From NCBI GenBank assembly GCA_964448705.1, contig CAYUZS010000001.1, forward strand, positions 114,687-178,686: a stretch of 64,000 nt of DNA, given 5' to 3'. The notes beneath the pieces are model-generated. The model was not told the DNA's origin, did not search any database, and worked only from the letters and a program-made list of their open reading frames with translations. Shown piece after piece: positions 63,195 to 64,000 of the stretch; positions within the stretch are counted from its first letter, which is position 1, and every line of letters starts with the position of its first letter. The position numbers and the translations under genes are program-made. The stretch is from an uncultured Gammaproteobacteria bacterium. GTDB taxonomy: Bacteria > Patescibacteriota > Microgenomatia > UBA12405.

Positions 63195-64000
63195 TCAGAA
63201 AGAATATTTAGCTTCCAGACGATTTTCAGGTAGATAAAACTTTTGGTCAACATCGAGTTCATCTATAAACTCCTGATTATGAGAGACAATTAAAAGCGAA
63301 CCGGTATAAGATTTTATTGATTCCAAAATTAAACGTTGAGAAAGTGGATCGAGATAAGTTGTCGGTTCATCAAGAATTAAGAGATTGAAATTTTGAGCCA
63401 ATAATCGGGCAATAGATAATCTTGTTTTCTCTCCGCCGGACAGACTGACGACTTTTTGAAAAACTTTGTCTCCGGCAAAAAGCATTTTAGCCAAAAGAGA
63501 ACGAACCTGACTTTCATTTAAACCGCCTCTGGTATTTTTAATAGTATCCATGAGAGTCATTTCCGGAACCAGATCAGAAAGTTCCTGACAATAATAACCC
63601 CATTTTAGTTTCGGATCCCGAATGATGTCACCATCGTCAGGAAGAAAATCACCTAAAAGTATTTTTATGAGAGTAGATTTGCCGGCACCATTAGGTCCAA
63701 GAAGAGCCGTTTTTTGGCCGCGTTTAAGAGTAAGATTGACATTATTCAAAACTGATTTAGTCCCAAAGGATTTGCTAATGTTTTTGGTATAAACGGGAAT
63801 TTCACCAACCCATAAGGGTTCAGGTAGAATAAGTTTTATTTTTTTAGCCTCCGGCGGCATTGAAGGCATATTTTCTTCAATATCTTCGACTCTTCTTTGA
63901 AGATTTAATCTGGCTTTGACTCCTTTTTTAGATTTGAAGTGGGCCATTTTTATTAAACCTTTTTTCATCTGAAGCAGATGTTTTTGTTCAGCTTCGATAT
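63195..64000 (-). CDS. ABC-F family ATPase (EttA/Uup-like), C-terminal half; N-terminus beyond window end
   Basis: Second NBD LLGPNGAGKSTL, LSGGEKTRLSIARLL, LLILDEPTTYLD. The frame stays open through 64000 with linker-like ..IEAEQKHLLQMKKGLIK.., so the track start at 63968 is internal. Confidence 0.7.
   Translation of the reverse strand, partial: IEAEQKHLLQMKKGLIKMAHFKSKKGVKARLNLQRRVEDIEENMPSMPPEAKKIKLILPEPLWVGEIPVYTKNISKSFGTKSVLNNVNLTLKRGQKTALLGPNGAGKSTLIKILLGDFLPDDGDIIRDPKLKWGYYCQELSDLVPEMTLMDTIKNTRGGLNESQVRSLLAKMLFAGDKVFQKVVSLSGGEKTRLSIARLLAQNFNLLILDEPTTYLDPLSQRLILESIKSYTGSLLIVSHNQEFIDELDVDQKFYLPENRLEAKYSF

Noticed and set aside
1-64000. CRISPR arrays, tRNA or rRNA genes
   Set aside because: No regularly spaced direct repeats with unique spacers were seen. 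The longer intergenic regions (34821-34989, 37935-38160, 44118-44309) lack tRNA-like cloverleaf potential or conserved rRNA sequence.

Overview
This 64 kb window is low-GC and densely coded on both strands, and looks like a small-genome Gram-positive-like or CPR/Patescibacteria-type bacterium using standard code 11 (TGA terminates metG and others). No rRNA, tRNA or CRISPR array is visible. Housekeeping genes include the gatCAB operon, two UvrD-family helicases (one truncated at the window start), rpsT-metG-tatD, a map-folD operon, Fe/Mn superoxide dismutase, 2-oxoacid:ferredoxin oxidoreductase alpha/beta, a DEAD-box helicase, RarA, RsuA/RluB, Hsp20, two ABC exporters and a partial ABC-F ATPase at the window end. 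Three accessory blocks stand out. (1) A roughly 9.4 kb envelope-glycoconjugate locus combines a UbiA-family decaprenyl-phosphate phosphoribosyltransferase-like gene, a PAP2 phosphatase, three or four GT-C membrane glycosyltransferases, a GT4 enzyme and a 'YYY'-motif membrane protein, resembling the mycobacterial decaprenyl-phospho-sugar pathway. (2) A surface-fibre module is built from an archaeal-type SipW signal peptidase fused to its own substrate-like domain and flanked by TasA/camelysin-like proteins carrying the SipW-cognate ('ALFSD') signal. It sits inside a DNA-repair island with AlkD-like, GIY-YIG, tandem ATL plus Cys-containing MGMT-domain genes, an SplB-like radical SAM protein and RarA. 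(3) A set of secreted or anchored proteins shares a paralogous FN3-like 'YCFYV..NGC' module; it includes a sortase with a long Cys-rich ectodomain, a 1160-aa S8 protease and PT-repeat proteins. Smaller oddities are a triple topoisomerase-type zinc-ribbon protein with near-identical 74-bp DNA repeats, a ferric-reductase/NOX-like plus cytochrome-b5 operon, a CIRCE-half-site palindrome with a collapsed spacer in the hsp20 promoter, palindromic leaderless promoters at sodA and arsR, a Shine-Dalgarno-sequestering hairpin, and a doubly lesioned HAD-hydrolase pseudogene.
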